Shown here: in pieces, positions 1 to 16,098 of the stretch | Position numbering within the stretch: position 1 is the stretch's first letter | Layout: every line of letters begins with the position of its first letter | Assembly (NCBI GenBank): GCA_964016885.1 | Contig: OZ024754.1 | Span: 9,052,001 to 9,116,000, forward strand | Direction: 5' to 3' | Source of the DNA: Eledone cirrhosa | Taxonomy: Eukaryota | Length of the DNA: 64,000 nucleotides | Translations under genes and position numbers: made by a program | Notes under the pieces: generated by a model | Told to the model about the DNA's origin: nothing | The model's database searches: none | The model's input: the letters and a program-made list of their open reading frames with translations, nothing else

Positions 1-42
1 TAAACTGATATAAAAGCACTCGACAAATATTTGGAGTATATT

Positions 43-528
43 TACAATATTAAATAAATGGAAAACTATATTTATAAAACCATATTTATTTCATTATATA
101 TATTTCGGGGATATCATATTAACAATATGCTATGCCTTCATCAGACAAAATACAATATAAACAGTTTTATAGATAAATATATTCGACATACCGTAATAAA
201 CATCGACTTCATTTGAAGAGGTTTACGCTAGCAGTGAAAATACAGAGAGAAAGAAAGAGAGAAAAAAAAAAAAAAAAAAAAAAAAGAAAGAAAGACAAAA
301 CGAAGAAAAGGAAGAAAAAGAAAAAGAAGAAATGCATGGAACAAAATAGAGAGATGGAAAAATAGATAAAGCGAAGAGCTTCATGTAAAGAAACAGAAAG
401 AGATATATATATATAGAGAGAGGAAATAGAGATAGATACATATATATATATAGAAAATTAGGTAGTGGGAGGTCATTTTGAGTAAGTGTATCAATGATAC
501 ATTTATTTATTTATTTATTTATTTATTT
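43..528 (-). repeat. Penelope pseudo-LTR (3' copy), inverted relative to 2610-3126
   Basis: 43-528 is the near-exact reverse complement of about 2610-3126, differing mainly in homopolymer and microsatellite lengths. It contains a hammerhead motif. Confidence 0.85.
87..152 (-). ncRNA. Type I hammerhead ribozyme motif (pLTR)
   Basis: Minus strand reads UAUUUUGU-CUGAUGA-[stem II with CAUAUU/AAUAUG]-GAAA-UAUAUA-UA-AUGAAAUA. Confidence 0.75.
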
Positions 529-1575
529 AGCTCAAGTATTAATGTAAGGGAGATATATAGAGAGATATAGAGAGAGAAAAAAAAATTTAAAAATAGCCAG
601 ACATATTCGAGGCGTAGAAAACCCTATGTTTTAATGTATTAGTATTTATAAAACTTACACTATATTGTAAATATCAGTATTCCTGAATGAAACAAGTATC
701 CATAATGTGTGAAAATTCATTATCTTATGTTTAGTTTTAAAAAATTCATATGTTTATGTGACAGCTACAAACATCAATGTGAATCCAACTGATTCACTCT
801 GCAAACTCTAAGTTACCGGAAAACATTCTCAATGTGGTATAAAAATTTGAGCGTATTATTATTCTTGCGATTACTCTACAAGATTATCAATCAAGCAGAA
901 ATAGAGAGCAGATTTCAATATACTAATCAAAAATATATATTATATTATAAACAAAACTAAAAATAAAAAGATAACAATAATAATAATAATAATAAGTAAA
1001 AATATAGAATAGAAAACTAAAAAAATATTACGAAAGAATATTACATAATAAAAATATTGCATATTAAAAATACTACGTATTAAAAAATATTACGTATTAA
1101 AAATTTACATATTAAAGATATTAAAAATATTAAAAATAAAATAAAATAAAAATAAAAATAAAAAAATATAGAATACTACAATACTAAAAGAATAAAAATA
1201 AAAATAAAAATAAAGATAAACCACAAAGAACAACCCTTCAAAGTTAATTGACAATATATTGCCAAGTTCATTACAAGACAAAGCCAAAAATTATCTATCA
1301 AATCACATCTAGCAAAGAACATCTCAAAAAGATTATGATGTCCAATTATGTCTACATATGTTCCTATATTTAATATAGAAGTTTATCTAGTGTAAGGTTA
1401 ATTCAAAAAATTTGGAGCATCGGCTTTTAGGGTAGCTTAATTTTTCATGAGGAATGTTTAGATAAAAATAAAAAAAATAAAATAAACAATAAAAAAAAAA
1501 AGTAAAAAGAGGGAATCAAAGATTTAGGAATCAAAAATTTATCGGCTAGTTCTCATATAAATCAAATTAAATATA

Positions 1576-2609
1576 CTACATTTTAAATTTAAATTTATAT
1601 TTAAACGTTGAGTTTAATCTATGTTTGCAACAACTGAATAAATTTGTCCGTAGGTTAAGGGAATTTTTAGATTTTAGTATAAAGAATATCTCCTCTGCGC
1701 AGAGGTCACATGTCTCAGAGGATGAATTAAAAGGAATCCCTCTTGAGACTATATTCCAAGCCGTCGAATATCTAACGTTATCTAGCTTAAGTTGCCAGAG
1801 TACGCCTGATAGTGCCGTTGAAGATTTTTTATTTGGATCTGTGAAAGAATTCTTGTGGTTATTATAGCGAAGTTTAAATTCCGTCGATGTGGAACCGGCG
1901 TAGTTAAAAGAATTAGAGTCAGTATTAACATTACAATTGTATACTATATTTTTAACTAAGCAGTTGTTATTTAACGGACATTTAGATCTATCTCTACAGT
2001 TACATTTGTTAACTTGTATATTATTTATGCTATTATCAGTAGGTTTTAAGTTCCTATTATTTATTCTATTAATATTTTGTGCTAAATTTTTGGTGGATGA
2101 GTAGGTTAATTTAATTGTATGCCTATTGAAGATTGAGTGATACCTATGTGTTCTAGGGAAGCGATTATCAAGAGCTTTGAAAAATAATTTAGCGATGTGG
2201 GTTTTAATGTTTAGTGAGAAGGGGGGGGGGGGGGCAAACCAAATTATGTTCCTAGTTCTATTTCTTTTTTGTCCTTTGGAATTATTGTAATGCTTTCTAT
2301 TATAGTTGTTAATGTTGTTGCCGTAATTAAAAAAGTTGTTACTTTGTTTAGTTTGTCTATCATTATCTATGTACACAATCTTATCAGCATACCCTGCCCT
2401 AGCTAGTGCATCATTATAGTACTGGGCCTTTTCGTCAAAAATCTTTCTATTCGACGAGATCCTAGAGATACGTTTTTGGACTGAGTTTACTATAGTGTTT
2501 TTGACAGATCTGGGGTGGTTAGAGTTAAAGTTGACATAGTTTAAGTTTTCATTCAACTTGTGAAAAGGATAGTGGAGACATGTGTTGAGATTTAATGTTA
2601 TATCTAGGA
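1576..2609 (-). mobile_element. 5'-truncated Penelope-like element ORF (end of RT, linker and GIY-YIG endonuclease), Naiad-like
   Basis: Translation extends upstream of the called ORF to FLDITLNL (late RT motif). It then reads YVNFNSNHP, IIWFAPP, a CxCx5Cx5C linker (CNCRDRSKCPLNNNC), NIVY...YAGST...FKLRYNNH (GIY-YIG-like) and CDLC...CCKH. The clade assignment is from recall of PLE motifs. Confidence 0.85.
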
Positions 2610-2611
2610 AA

Positions 2612-2650
<39 letters not shown>

Positions 2651-3126
2651 ATGTATCATTGATACACTTACTCAAAATGACCTCCCACTATCTAATTTTC
2701 TATATATATATATGTATCTATCTCTATTTCCTCTCTCTCTCTCTATATATATATATATCTCTTTCTGTTTCTTTACATGAAGCTCTTCGCTTTATCTATT
2801 TTTCCATCTCTCTATTTTGTTCCATGCATTTCTTCTTTTTCTTTCTTCTTTTTCTTCCTTTTCTTCGTTTTGTCTTTCTTTCTTTTTTCTCTCTTTTTTT
2901 TTTTTTTCTCTCTTTCTTTCTCTCTGTATTTTCACTGCTAGCATAAACCTCTTCAAATGAAGTCGATGTTTATTACGGTATGTCGAATATATTTATCTAT
3001 AAAACTGTTTATATTGTATTTTGTCTGATGAAGGCATAGCATATTGTTAATATGATATCCCCGAAATATATATAATGAAATAAATATGGTTTTATAAATA
3101 TAGTTTTCCATTTATTTAATATTGTA
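2610..3126 (+). repeat. Inverted Penelope pseudo-LTR at the 5' truncation point
   Basis: Reverse complement of 43-528. It joins the truncated ORF at a (TAAA)n tract and ends in (TA)n. Confidence 0.85.
3017..3082 (+). ncRNA. Type I hammerhead ribozyme motif (inverted pLTR)
   Basis: TATTTTGT-CTGATGA(3025)-AGGCATAGCATATTGTTAATATGATATCCCC-GAAA-TATATA-TA-ATGAAATA. Confidence 0.75.
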
Positions 3127-3209
3127 TATATATATATATATATATTTGTAATAAGGTTGCTTTGATGCGTCCATAGGCGGTATGCCGTTTGAGCACTCTG
3201 TGCCCCTCG

Positions 3210-3347
3210 ATGGAAAACGAAGAATCAGTGAAACAATTTATTACGTATTACAATTGCTTTTCCAGCGAAAAGCTCCAGGTGTGATCTATTCGCCAGAGAA
3301 ACAATTGTAATACGTAATTGTGTTCCGATACATCACTGATTCTTCGT
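3210..3347. repeat. Fold-back element carrying a hammerhead 3' half (second copy about 11845-11990)
   Basis: Arms AACGAAGAATCAGTGA...ATTACGTATTACAATTG and CAATTGTAATACGTAAT...TCACTGATTCTTCGTT. Contains GAAA-CAATTG-TA but no CTGATGA. Confidence 0.6.
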
Positions 3348-4371
3348 TGTCCTGTAGGAGTCACGGTAAAAAGCACCCAGCATACACCGTAAATGTGGTT
3401 TGTGTTAGGAAGGACATCCGGCCATGAAAAAGAAGCCAGAAACAGTTCTGTGTGAGTAAGACATGGTCACCTGGCCTAGCATTGCCTTAAATGGGACAAC
3501 CCGTCTAATCCAGGCTAACATGGAAAATGGCCATTAAATGATAACTATATGTTTTTGTGTGTGTGTAAAGCCCTGCAAATATACTTCCCACTAATTGTGT
3601 CTACAGGAATAACACAAGTCATGTTAGTGGGGTGCCTAGAGTAGCCATGTGTGAGGATCCCTTGACTGTTATCAAGCAATTGCACAGCATTTTCCCCTTC
3701 CAGGTAGAAAGAACTGTTACTCAAGGAACTGTCAAGTTACACATCTCAGGTCTCAGACAATTACTATGTTGGAAAGTCCTATAAGAATGAATTTTGGGGT
3801 AAAGACTATAGGGAAGACCTCCGAAGAGATAAAAGGGTAAAATATATATAGAGCATGCTGGAATACCACTGCTCACATTGGAGAGTATTGCTCTGGACAG
3901 GAAAGATATCTAGTTTACCAATATAGAAATATAAAATTTCCACTGTTAAATCTATCTCTGCTTCTTAAGTATTGTCTATTATCTCATACCGTTTCTTTCT
4001 TATTTCAGAATATCAGATGACATTGGGATAAATTAATTTTTAATCTTGAATACATCACCTATATTTATCATCATTTCAAGACTAAACTTTTCATACGGAA
4101 CTGATATAACATTGTTTATATTAGAATTACTGTGAAAAATTTCTTCAGAACTGTGTTTATCGGAAAAATTTCGTTTCCTCACCAGCCTAAATATTTACAA
4201 GATGATTTTGAATCTTAACTAAAATTTGATCACAAAGAAGTTTGCATCATCTTCAGATCTTGACTGAGATCACGGTTGGGGGAAATATAGCAGAAGAAAT
4301 ATCTTCAGGAATATAATATATAAAATAATACAAGAATAACATCTGTAAATTCAGTCAAGGGAAGAAGAAAC

Positions 4372-6630
4372 ATGGAAAATAAATTGAGTGAGAAGAAGAT
4401 TAAATGTGAAACATTGTCTGAAGATATTACTAATCCAGAAGACATGGCAAACGATAAAATAAGGAAGTCATATCACTGCGATATCTGTGGTAAATCATTC
4501 ACTCAAAGTAGTACCTTAACTAGACACAAACGTATACATACAGGAGAGAAACCATATGACTGTGATATTTGTGGTAAATCATTCTCTAAATCGGATACAT
4601 TAACTATTCACAAACGTATACATTCGGGAGAGAAGCCATATCACTGTGATATCTGTGGTAAATCATTCTCAGTAAGTGATAAATTAACTTCTCACAAATA
4701 TACACATACAGGAGAGAAGCCATATCACTGTGATATCTGTGGTAAATCATTCTCTCAAAGTGGTCACTTAAGTACACACATACGTATACATACAGGAGAG
4801 AAACCATATCACTGTGGTAAATCATTCTCAGTAAGTGATAAATTAACTTCTCACAAATATACACATACAGGTGAGAAGCCATATCACTGTGATATCTGTG
4901 GTAAATCATTCGCTAAATCGGATACATTAACTATTCACAAACGTATACATACAGGAGAGAAGCCATATCACTGTGATATCTGTGGTAAATCATTCTCTCA
5001 AAGTGGTCACTTAAGTACACACAAACGTATACATACAGGAGAGAAACCATATCACTGTGGTAAATCATTCTCAGTAAGTGATCATTTATCTAGACACAAA
5101 TATACACATACAGGAGAGAAGCCATATCACTGTGGTATCTGTGGTAAATCTTTCTCAGTAAGTGGTACATTAACTTCTCACATGCGTAGCCATACAGGTG
5201 AGAAGCCATTCCACTGTGACATTTGTGGTAAATCATTCTCTGTATCGTGTGGTTTAACTAGTCACAAACGTATACATACAGGAGACAAGCCATATCACTG
5301 TGATATCTGTGGTAAATCATTCGCTAAATCGGATACATTAACTATTCACAAACATATACATACAGGAGACAAGCCGTATCACTGTGATATCTGTGGTAAA
5401 TCTTTCTCAGTAAGTGGTACATTAACTTCTCACATAAGTCGCCATACAGGTGAGAAACCATTCCACTGTGACATCTGTGGTAAATCATTCTCTCAAAGTG
5501 GTCACTTAAGTACACACAAACGTATACATACAGGAGAGAAACCATATCACTGTGGTATCTGTGGTAAATCATTCTCAGTAAGTGATCATTTATCTAGACA
5601 CAAATATACACATACAGGAGAGAAGCCATATCACTGTGATATCTGTGGTAAATCATTCTCTCAAAGTGGTCACTTAAGTACACACAAACGTATACATACA
5701 GGAGAGAAACCATATCACTGTGGTAAATCATTCTCAGTAAGTGATAAATTAACTTCTCACAAATATACACATACAGGAGAGAAGCCATATCACTGTGATA
5801 TCTGTGGTAAATCATTCTCTAAATCGGGTGATTTAACTAGTCACAAACGTATACATACAGGAGAGAAGCCATACCACTGTGACATCTGTGGTAAATCATT
5901 CTCTGTATCATGTGCTTTAACTATTCACAAACGTATACATACAGGAGAGAAGCCATACCACTGTGACATCTGTGGTAAATCATTCTCAGTAAGTGATCAT
6001 TTATCTAGACACAAATATACACATACAGGAGAGAAGCCATATCACTGTGATATCTGTGGTAAATCATTCTCTCAAAGTGGTCACTTAAGTACACACAAAC
6101 GTATACATACAGGAGAGAGACCATATCACTGTGATATCTGTGGTAAATCATTCTCTAAATCGGGTGATTTAACTAGTCACAAACGTATACATACAGGAGA
6201 GAAGCCATACCACTGTGACATCTGTGGTAAATCATTCTCTGTATCATGTGCTTTAACTATTCACAAACGTATACATACAGGAGAGAAGACATACCACTGT
6301 GACATCTGTGGTAAATCATTCTCAGTAAGTGATCATTTATCTAGACACAAATATACACATACAGGAGAGAAGCCATATCACTGTGATATCTGTGGTAAAT
6401 CATTCGCTAGATCGGATACATTAACTATTCACAAACGTATACATACAGGAGACAAGCCATATCACTGTGGTATCTGTGGTAAATCTTTCTCAGTAAGTGG
6501 TACATTAACTTCTCACATGCGTAGCCATACAGGTGAGAAGCCATTCCACTGTGACATTTGTGGTAAATCATTCTCTGTATCGTGTGGTTTAACTAGTCAC
6601 AAACGTATACATACAGGAGACAAGCCATAA
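4372..6630 (+). CDS. C2H2 zinc-finger array protein A (26 fingers to the first stop; 9 more in-frame fingers continue to TAA at 7377)
   Basis: Repeated [10 protein letters not shown]...H...HTGEKP units with a short N-terminal leader. Candidate splice acceptor TTTCTTTCTTATTTCAG ending at 4008. Confidence 0.9.
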   Translation: MENKLSEKKIKCETLSEDITNPEDMANDKIRKSYHCDICGKSFTQSSTLTRHKRIHTGEKPYDCDICGKSFSKSDTLTIHKRIHSGEKPYHCDICGKSFSVSDKLTSHKYTHTGEKPYHCDICGKSFSQSGHLSTHIRIHTGEKPYHCGKSFSVSDKLTSHKYTHTGEKPYHCDICGKSFAKSDTLTIHKRIHTGEKPYHCDICGKSFSQSGHLSTHKRIHTGEKPYHCGKSFSVSDHLSRHKYTHTGEKPYHCGICGKSFSVSGTLTSHMRSHTGEKPFHCDICGKSFSVSCGLTSHKRIHTGDKPYHCDICGKSFAKSDTLTIHKHIHTGDKPYHCDICGKSFSVSGTLTSHISRHTGEKPFHCDICGKSFSQSGHLSTHKRIHTGEKPYHCGICGKSFSVSDHLSRHKYTHTGEKPYHCDICGKSFSQSGHLSTHKRIHTGEKPYHCGKSFSVSDKLTSHKYTHTGEKPYHCDICGKSFSKSGDLTSHKRIHTGEKPYHCDICGKSFSVSCALTIHKRIHTGEKPYHCDICGKSFSVSDHLSRHKYTHTGEKPYHCDICGKSFSQSGHLSTHKRIHTGERPYHCDICGKSFSKSGDLTSHKRIHTGEKPYHCDICGKSFSVSCALTIHKRIHTGEKTYHCDICGKSFSVSDHLSRHKYTHTGEKPYHCDICGKSFARSDTLTIHKRIHTGDKPYHCGICGKSFSVSGTLTSHMRSHTGEKPFHCDICGKSFSVSCGLTSHKRIHTGDKP

Positions 6631-7377
<747 letters not shown>

Positions 7378-8403
7378 CAAAGTCATATCTCATTATCTCA
7401 AAATGGTGAATTAATTAGACACAAATACATTCATATAAATGAAAAGCCATACCATTGCTACATTAATTACACCCAAACTGTGATGTCTGTGATAAATCAT
7501 TCTCTAAATGTTGTGGCTTCAGTAGACACTAACATATACAGGAGAGGAACCACATCAGTGTGATGTCTGTGGTAAATGATTCTTTTGGACAGGTTACTTA
7601 ATGCAAGAGAATCAGACAAGATAAAAACCATATCACTCACCCAAAATAGTGCCACCAATGTTGTAAGTGTTTTGAATAAAACTTGTTTATTCAGAAATTA
7701 TTCTCCTTTAATTTTATTTGTAAAAGTTGTAACCAACACTAGTTGTGACAAAACTGCATGGTACAGAATTTACAAACACTATATATATATGAGTGTATAT
7801 AGAAATTATTATCCTTGAATATGATAGTATCTGTATGTGTGTATAATTATGTGTATCTGTGTGTACGTATGTGTTCTTATATACATGTGTGCATATCTGC
7901 AGTGTCTTTTCTAGCTCTCAGAGTACAAATCCCACTGAGGTGAAGTTGCTTCTATATTTTGAGATCCATAAATGAAATACCAGTGAAATACTGGGGTTGA
8001 TTCTTCTTTGTCATTGTCTGTCTATTCTTCTCTCTTTCTATATATATATCATCATGATCAACGTCTACCTTCCACACTAACATGGGTTAGCTGGGAACTG
8101 TCCCACCTGAGGAAAAAATTGGTCGGGTGACCATGTCTCGCTTGTATAGGGCTATGTATATATATATATATATATATATACACCCAGGAGTGAGACACGA
8201 TCTAATGACCCAACTTATCTCTAAATGGGCCAAACAAAATGAAGACATAACAAATCGTCCTTTATATATATATATATTTGTGTTGGTGCTCTAAAATAGT
8301 GATGTATATTGTATGTTTATTTAAAACACTTTGAAGGCCTTTCGCTATAAATTTAAGGTAGTGAATATAGTCATATACCTAGCTTCAGTGAAACCAAAGG
8401 GAA

Positions 8404-8448
8404 ATAACCAATGATCGTTTCTCACATTTTAGTGCTTATCAAGGTTAT
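8404..8448 (-). ncRNA. Degenerate hammerhead motif (duplicated at 17542-17586)
   Basis: AUAACC-UUGAUAA-GCACUAAAAUGUGA-GAAA-CGAUCA-UU-GGUUAU, with two core substitutions. It lies inside an old imperfect inverted repeat (about 8320-8620). Confidence 0.5.
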
Positions 8449-9449
8449 ATATCCCTTCTTTTTGCTGTGAGCTGTAGAAGCTGGATTCTTATAGAATTCC
8501 AATTATGTGTATGAGCTGTTTAAACTCATTAACATACAGAGTGGTTGCCTTAAGCAAGGTATGTAACATCTGTAACTATCTTGAATTCATAGTGAAAGGG
8601 CTTCAAAATGTTATTTAAAAAAACTATATTATTAACTATAAAATATGTACATTCATATATATATAAACTTAAGCAAATTAACAAGGAGAAGACCAGACAA
8701 ATTAGAACAATATTTTAAGGGGAATTCTTAAAGAATAATTTTTGAAAATAAAAATACAAATGAATGAAATAGAACTACAGATTCATTGGCTGTTGAGATG
8801 GACTTGGCCAATTTCAACCCCTACCAATGGTACTGCTGGTCACAGCGTCTGTCACAAGCCAATGCGCTGTCCTGTGGTGTAAGAGATGAGACAACACAAT
8901 TTTTTAGCAATTGAGCTACAACAAGTAAACATGGATTTATGTGCTGTCAGGAAAAAGGTATTGTACTTTCATACAACAAAACTCATGAGTGAAACAAAGA
9001 AAAAGTCGGAAAAAAGGCAAAATGAAGAAAGTAAGATATTGTGTTAAAATATGTAAGCCATTGAAATTAATGAGGGGAGGGTGAGATCAAGTTTATCACA
9101 GATTAGTAATTATTAACCTAGGTAATTTTAACAAAAGGGGCAAAACATGATACAATTTTTTAAGAGGAAACCTTAAAATATTATTTCTTGAAAATATATA
9201 CATATATCTTTTTCATTTGATTTATATATATATATGTTCAGTAGAGATTGTCTCGGTAAAAACAAGCGCATTGCCTGCGGCATATCACAAATTTTGGATT
9301 TTCATCGAGGATTTCATTCTCATAACAAATGCATGGACTACATCTTGGATTGCATAAGAGAACCGTTGAAATAATTATTATGAATGAGCGGTTTATATCA
9401 CATCAGCATCTTAATGTTATTCTTATATATATATATACACATATATGTA

Positions 9450-10390
9450 GGTTTTATATGTGGCTTATGCTCAGGTGCAGTAAGTAGCAAGTGCCCACTG
9501 GATACTAGCTCTTTCAACTACCCAGATGGTTCTATAGAAATAGTAGGCACTTTCTGTTATCAGGGTGACAAAATCAACAGTGGAGGAGAGTGTACTGAAA
9601 GTACAGTAGCCAGAAAAAGAACGGGATGGAAAAAGTTCAGAGAGCTAATACCACTGTTAGCCGCAAAAGGTTTCTCTCTAAAAATGAAAGGCCAATTGTA
9701 TGATGCTTGTATACAAACAACAATGTTACATGGTAGTTAGACCTGGGTATTGTGTGCACAGATTGGAAAGGAATGAAGCATGCATGCTCCGATGGATGTA
9801 ATAGTAATATAGACAAAGGGTAAGTGTACTAAGTGAAAAATTAGGCATAAGAGGGATTAGATGTAGTTTACTAGAGAGGAGATTATGTTGGTATGATCAT
9901 GTGATGCATATGAAGAACGACAGCTCTATAGGGCGTTCAAAATTGATGGAAGACTCATAACGAGGTGATAAAAGCTGACCTTGCACACTTGAACCTCTCT
10001 CAGACAATGACACAGGATCGAGATGTTTGGCGCTATGCAGTAATACAGAAGCCAACTTTCCTTTGTGCACGGACTTCTAGGTACCTTTTAATCCAATATA
10101 GATTCCACACACTTACACCTCCCTTCCACTACCACCCACACCACCTTTACTCTGTAAAGTTATATTGGTACCACAAAACATCCAGCTCACACTGGAAATT
10201 GATCGTGTAGGTGTCACGACAAAATGCACCCAGTCCACATTGTAAAATAGTCATGTAGGTTTCGTGACAAAAAGATCTTAGTCTGCACTGTATGAACAAG
10301 GCATGGTCACCTGACCTAGCATTGCAAACAACAGGGCACTCGTTAAACCCATGCTAGCGTGGAAAAATGGATGTAAAGTGGTGATGATTA
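9450..10390 (+). mobile_element. Decayed 3' fragment of an RTE-type LINE
   Basis: RTGWKKFRELIPLLAAKGFSLKMKG.LYDAC similarity to 31312-33451, the shared 3' UTR and a GAT-type tail. Confidence 0.8.
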
Positions 10391-10519
10391 TATATATATA
10401 TATATTATTGTTTTAACTTCACCTGTTGCAAATTTTTTTATATTGTTTTTGTGAAAAAAAAACAATCTTTTTCGCACACACACACACATTATATGTGTAC
10501 ATATATTTCTTTATTGAGT

Positions 10520-10890
10520 TTCTACTTTGGGCACAAGGCCAGCGAAATACCTCAGTGCACCACTGGTACTTTATTTTATCGACCTCGTAAGGATGAAAGG
10601 CAAAGTTAACCGCGGCGGATTTGAACTCAGAACGCAAAGGGCCATAACTATGCTACAAAGCATGGTATCTGACGCTCTATCGATACTGCCAAATCACTAT
10701 ATATATATACTTTTGGCACAAGGCCAGCAAATAGCCAGTGCATTACTGGTACTTTATTTTATCGACCCCGTAAGGATGAAAGGCAAAGTTAACCTTGGTG
10801 GGATTTGAACTCATAATGGCAAGGGCCGTAACTCTTTGCATCAAAGCATGGCGTCCGAGCCTCTACCGATACTGCCAATCCACCGCCCTT
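10520..10890 (-). mobile_element. Two tandem tRNA-derived SINEs with a Meta-like central domain
   Basis: Minus strand GAGTTCAAATCC (B box) followed by GTTAACTTTGCCTTTCATCCTTACGGGGTCGATAAAATAAAGTACC. The family also occurs at about 16455, 25500, 26225, 31010, 35260, 44520, 57635, 63450 and 63655. Confidence 0.75.
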
Positions 10891-12150
10891 GTATATATAT
10901 AAATAGATAATCCCGTTCATTTCTCTTATAATATATATACATATATATAACGTTCTCTTTTTTTTTTTTTGTTTTATTTCAAGTAACTTACAAGGGATAT
11001 TCTATGATTGACTAGAATCACTTCCAGTGTGTGTATTTATTTACAACATTGATATTCTACACCACATTCGTCATCTATGTGACACTTGTAATGTTATTTT
11101 TACAACCAGGAATAAAATTGTTCTTGAGATATTCACTGCGAACCTGTACTTTCTCTATTTCTTGTTCGGACTTGGTATATATATATATATATATATTTAT
11201 TTACTACACCACATTTTTCATCTGTGTGATATTTTTGTAATGTTATTTATACAACCGGGAATAAAATAATTCTTACCCTAAACCTTATTATTCACTGCGA
11301 ACCTGATCTGTTTCTATTTCCTGTCTCACCATCTTCCATTCTTTCATCAATCTCTCGTCATTAATTTCCATCAATTCCTGTCTCCTTTTCTATATTTTCA
11401 AGGTATTTCAAATTTTTTTATAATTTTTACGTTTCTTTCGTTAATTTATTCAGTTTTATATTTAAAATATTTCTGAGTAACTTTTCCTGTATTTTCCGTC
11501 TAAATATTGTTTATATATATATATATAAATGAGGGATAGAGATTGTTTTAGCGAGAAGCTAATAGTATTCTATAACATATATGCGACTATAACGTCAAGA
11601 TGGGAAAAGTAGTTAACGTAAGATTTAGGAAAAATAAAGATATATAGATATATATAATTAGAAAGTGAACAACACAAAATATAACTACTCCATTACCAAA
11701 GCTTTCTGGATCCCAGATAATAATGATATACGTCTTTTCCTTCGGAATTACCTAATACATATATATATATATATATATATATTTGTAGTAAGGTTGCTTT
11801 GATGCGTCCATAGGTGGTATGCCGTTTGAGCACTATGCCCCTCGATGGAAAACGAAGAATCAGTGAAACAATTTATTACGTATTACAATTGTTTTTCCAG
11901 CGAAAAGCTCCAGGTGTGATCTATTCGCCAGAGAAACAATTGTAATACGTAATTGTGTTCCGATACATCACCGATTCTTCGTTTTCCATATATAAATATA
12001 TATATAAGTTTATCACGGTTCAATCGGGGGTAACCACAGTAAGTAAGGTACTCAATACAAAGCAGAGTATAAATATTTAATATAGAAAAGGACTAGAACC
12101 GTTTCCTTCGGGAAAAATTATCAGGAAGCCCTATATATATATATATATAT

Positions 12151-12324
12151 GAAAAGTGAAGGCGCGTGGCTGAGTAGTTAGTGAATTGGACTCTCAATCG
12201 TAAGGTTGTGAGTTCGATTCCCGGACCGAGCGATGCGTTATGTCCTTGGGCAAGACACTGTATTTCACGTTGCTCCTTCTACCTGGGGTTGCGACCGATA
12301 GAAAGTATTAGCAATTGGAAAGAC
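12151..12324 (+). mobile_element. tRNA-derived CORE-type SINE
   Basis: GGCGCGTGGCTGAGTAGTTAG (A box), GAGTTCGATTCC (B box), then TGTCCTTGGGCAAGACACT (CORE-like). Relatives lie on - at about 20358-20512, 34190-34335, 34650-34900 and 39930-40180. Confidence 0.75.
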
Positions 12325-12489
12325 CAGTATATGAAAAGAGTCAGGGCTCCGGCCGTTTTAACAGCTATATGCGAAACGGCCGGAGCTCAGCCGTCGATGT
12401 CCTGACTATTTTCATATTACCCACTCTACTACCCAAAGTATTGGTAGACCTGGTATCTTACCTCACCCTCTTTGTTATATAAATATATA

Positions 12490-12740
12490 TATCCAGCGAA
12501 CCTCAACCGTTAAGACTGTCTTTATGCGGGTATGTCAATATTTATAAAACAAATTTGTATTTTATCTAATGAAAGCGCACCAAAATTTGCCTTGGTTGCC
12601 CTTGAAATATATATAATAAAATAATTATGGTATAATTAATATATTGAATATTTACTCCACTAACTTGTTGAGTGCTTTATATCAGTTATAAAAATGTTTA
12701 AGCTTGTTGAATCCCAACAAATTAAATATAACCTCTGCAT
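12490..12740 (+). mobile_element. Solo pLTR-like non-autonomous element with a degenerate hammerhead (CTAATGA core)
   Basis: Same family as 18141-18440 and 55866-56090, and homologous to window bases 1-180. Flanked by (TA)n. Confidence 0.7.
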
Positions 12741-14498
12741 ATATATATATATATGTGTGTGTGTGTATTTATAAATATATATATAAGTTAGACAATATAT
12801 ATAATAGACAATATATTACACCTCCACATCTGATATATACGAATAGGCTATGTAGCCGGTAAAACCAATAGGGTCGCAACACACATCGCTATAGTGTTTC
12901 ACCAGCCCTTCCTCAATCATTCATAGATGTGTGTGTATGTAATAATTATTTTGTATAATGTGTCTATAAATATATATCAGTAGATGTGTATGTATCACAA
13001 ATATTCATCCCCCATCCTTGCTTTGGTCTCAATTAATCTTCCCCCACCCTCGCTTATTTATTTTTCAGATTTTTCTCACCGCCTCCCCGTACTTAATACA
13101 CCCATCCTCTGTTTATTAAATTTTTATTTTAAGTGGTAGCATTTCGGCGACAATTTTCTTTAGACATTAAAAAACATTATACATGACAAAAAAAAAGTAC
13201 ATTATTAGAAATCCCATATGTTATAAAATAAATAAGATGGGTTGGGGCTCTCACTATGTAAACTAAATGACAAATTCTGGTTTTCTATCTCTGGTGAAAT
13301 TTTGAAAAATTATCGATTTTCCACCCACCCCTTGCTTATTTCTGTTTCAATGTATTTAATATGACAAAAAACACGTGGTCATGTAGGTGTCACACCAAAA
13401 TGCACACAGTTCACACTCTAAAGTGGTTATGTAGGTGTCACAACAAAAAGCACCCATGCTTCACTGTAAAGTTGTCCTGTAGGAGTCACGGTAAAAAGCA
13501 CCCAGCATACACCGTAAATGTGGTTTGTGTTAGGAAGGACATCCGGCCATGGAAAAGAAGCCAGAAACAGTTCTGTGTGAGTTAGACATGGTCACCTGGC
13601 CTAGCATTGCCTTAAATGGGACAACCCGTCTAATCCAGGCTAACATGGAAAATGGCCATTAAATGATAACTATATGTTTTTGTGTGTGTGTAAAGCCCTG
13701 CAAATATACTTCCCACTAATTGTGTCTACAGGAATAACACAAGTCATGTTAGTGGGGTGCCTAGAGTAGCCATGTGTGAGGATCCCTTGACTGTTATCAA
13801 GCAATTGCACAGCATTTTCCCCTTCCAGGTAGAAAGAACTGTTACTCAAGGAACTGTCAAGTTACACATCTCAGGTCTCAGACAATTACTATGTTGGAAA
13901 GTCCTATAAGAATGAATTTTGGGGAAAAGACTATAGGGAAGACCTCCGAAGAGATAAAAGGGTAAAATATATATAGAGCATGCTGGAATACCACTGCTCA
14001 CATTGGAGAGTATTGCTCTGGACAGGAAAGATATCTACAGTTTACCAATATAGAAATATAAAATTTCCACTGTTAAATCTATCTCTGCTTCTTAAGTATT
14101 CTCTATTATCTCATACTGTTTCTTTCTTATTTCAGAATATCAGATGACATTGGGATAAATTAATTTTTAATCTTGAATATATCACCTATATTTATCATCA
14201 TTTCAAGACTAAACTTTTCATAAGGAACTGATATAACATTGTTTATATTAGAATTACTGTGAAAAATTTCTTCAGAACTGTGTTTATCGGAAAAATTTTG
14301 TTTCCTCACCAGCCAAAATATTTACAAGATGATTTTGAATCTTAACTAAAATTTGATCACAAAGAAGTTTGCATCATCTTCAGATCTTGACTGAGATCAC
14401 AGTTGGGGGAAATATAGCAGAAGAAATATCTTCAGGAATATAATATATAAAATAATACAAGAATAACATCTGTAAATTCAGTCAAGGGAAGAAGAAAC

Positions 14499-16098
<1,600 letters not shown>

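Noticed and set aside
4604-5815. Antisense ORFs over the zinc-finger arrays and over RTE copies
   Set aside because: Shadow frames of repetitive coding sequence.
7576-7818. Duplicated 76-80 aa ORF after the ZNF genes (also 16701-16931)
   Set aside because: It lies in probable 3' UTR with decayed finger sequence, and its duplication is explained by the segmental duplication.
12160-12230. tRNA gene
   Set aside because: A and B boxes are present, but the sequence runs into a CORE-SINE body and has dispersed copies.
12870-12925. Possible minus-strand hammerhead (UUGAGGA...GAAA)
   Set aside because: The core is imperfect and there is no convincing stem I or stem II.
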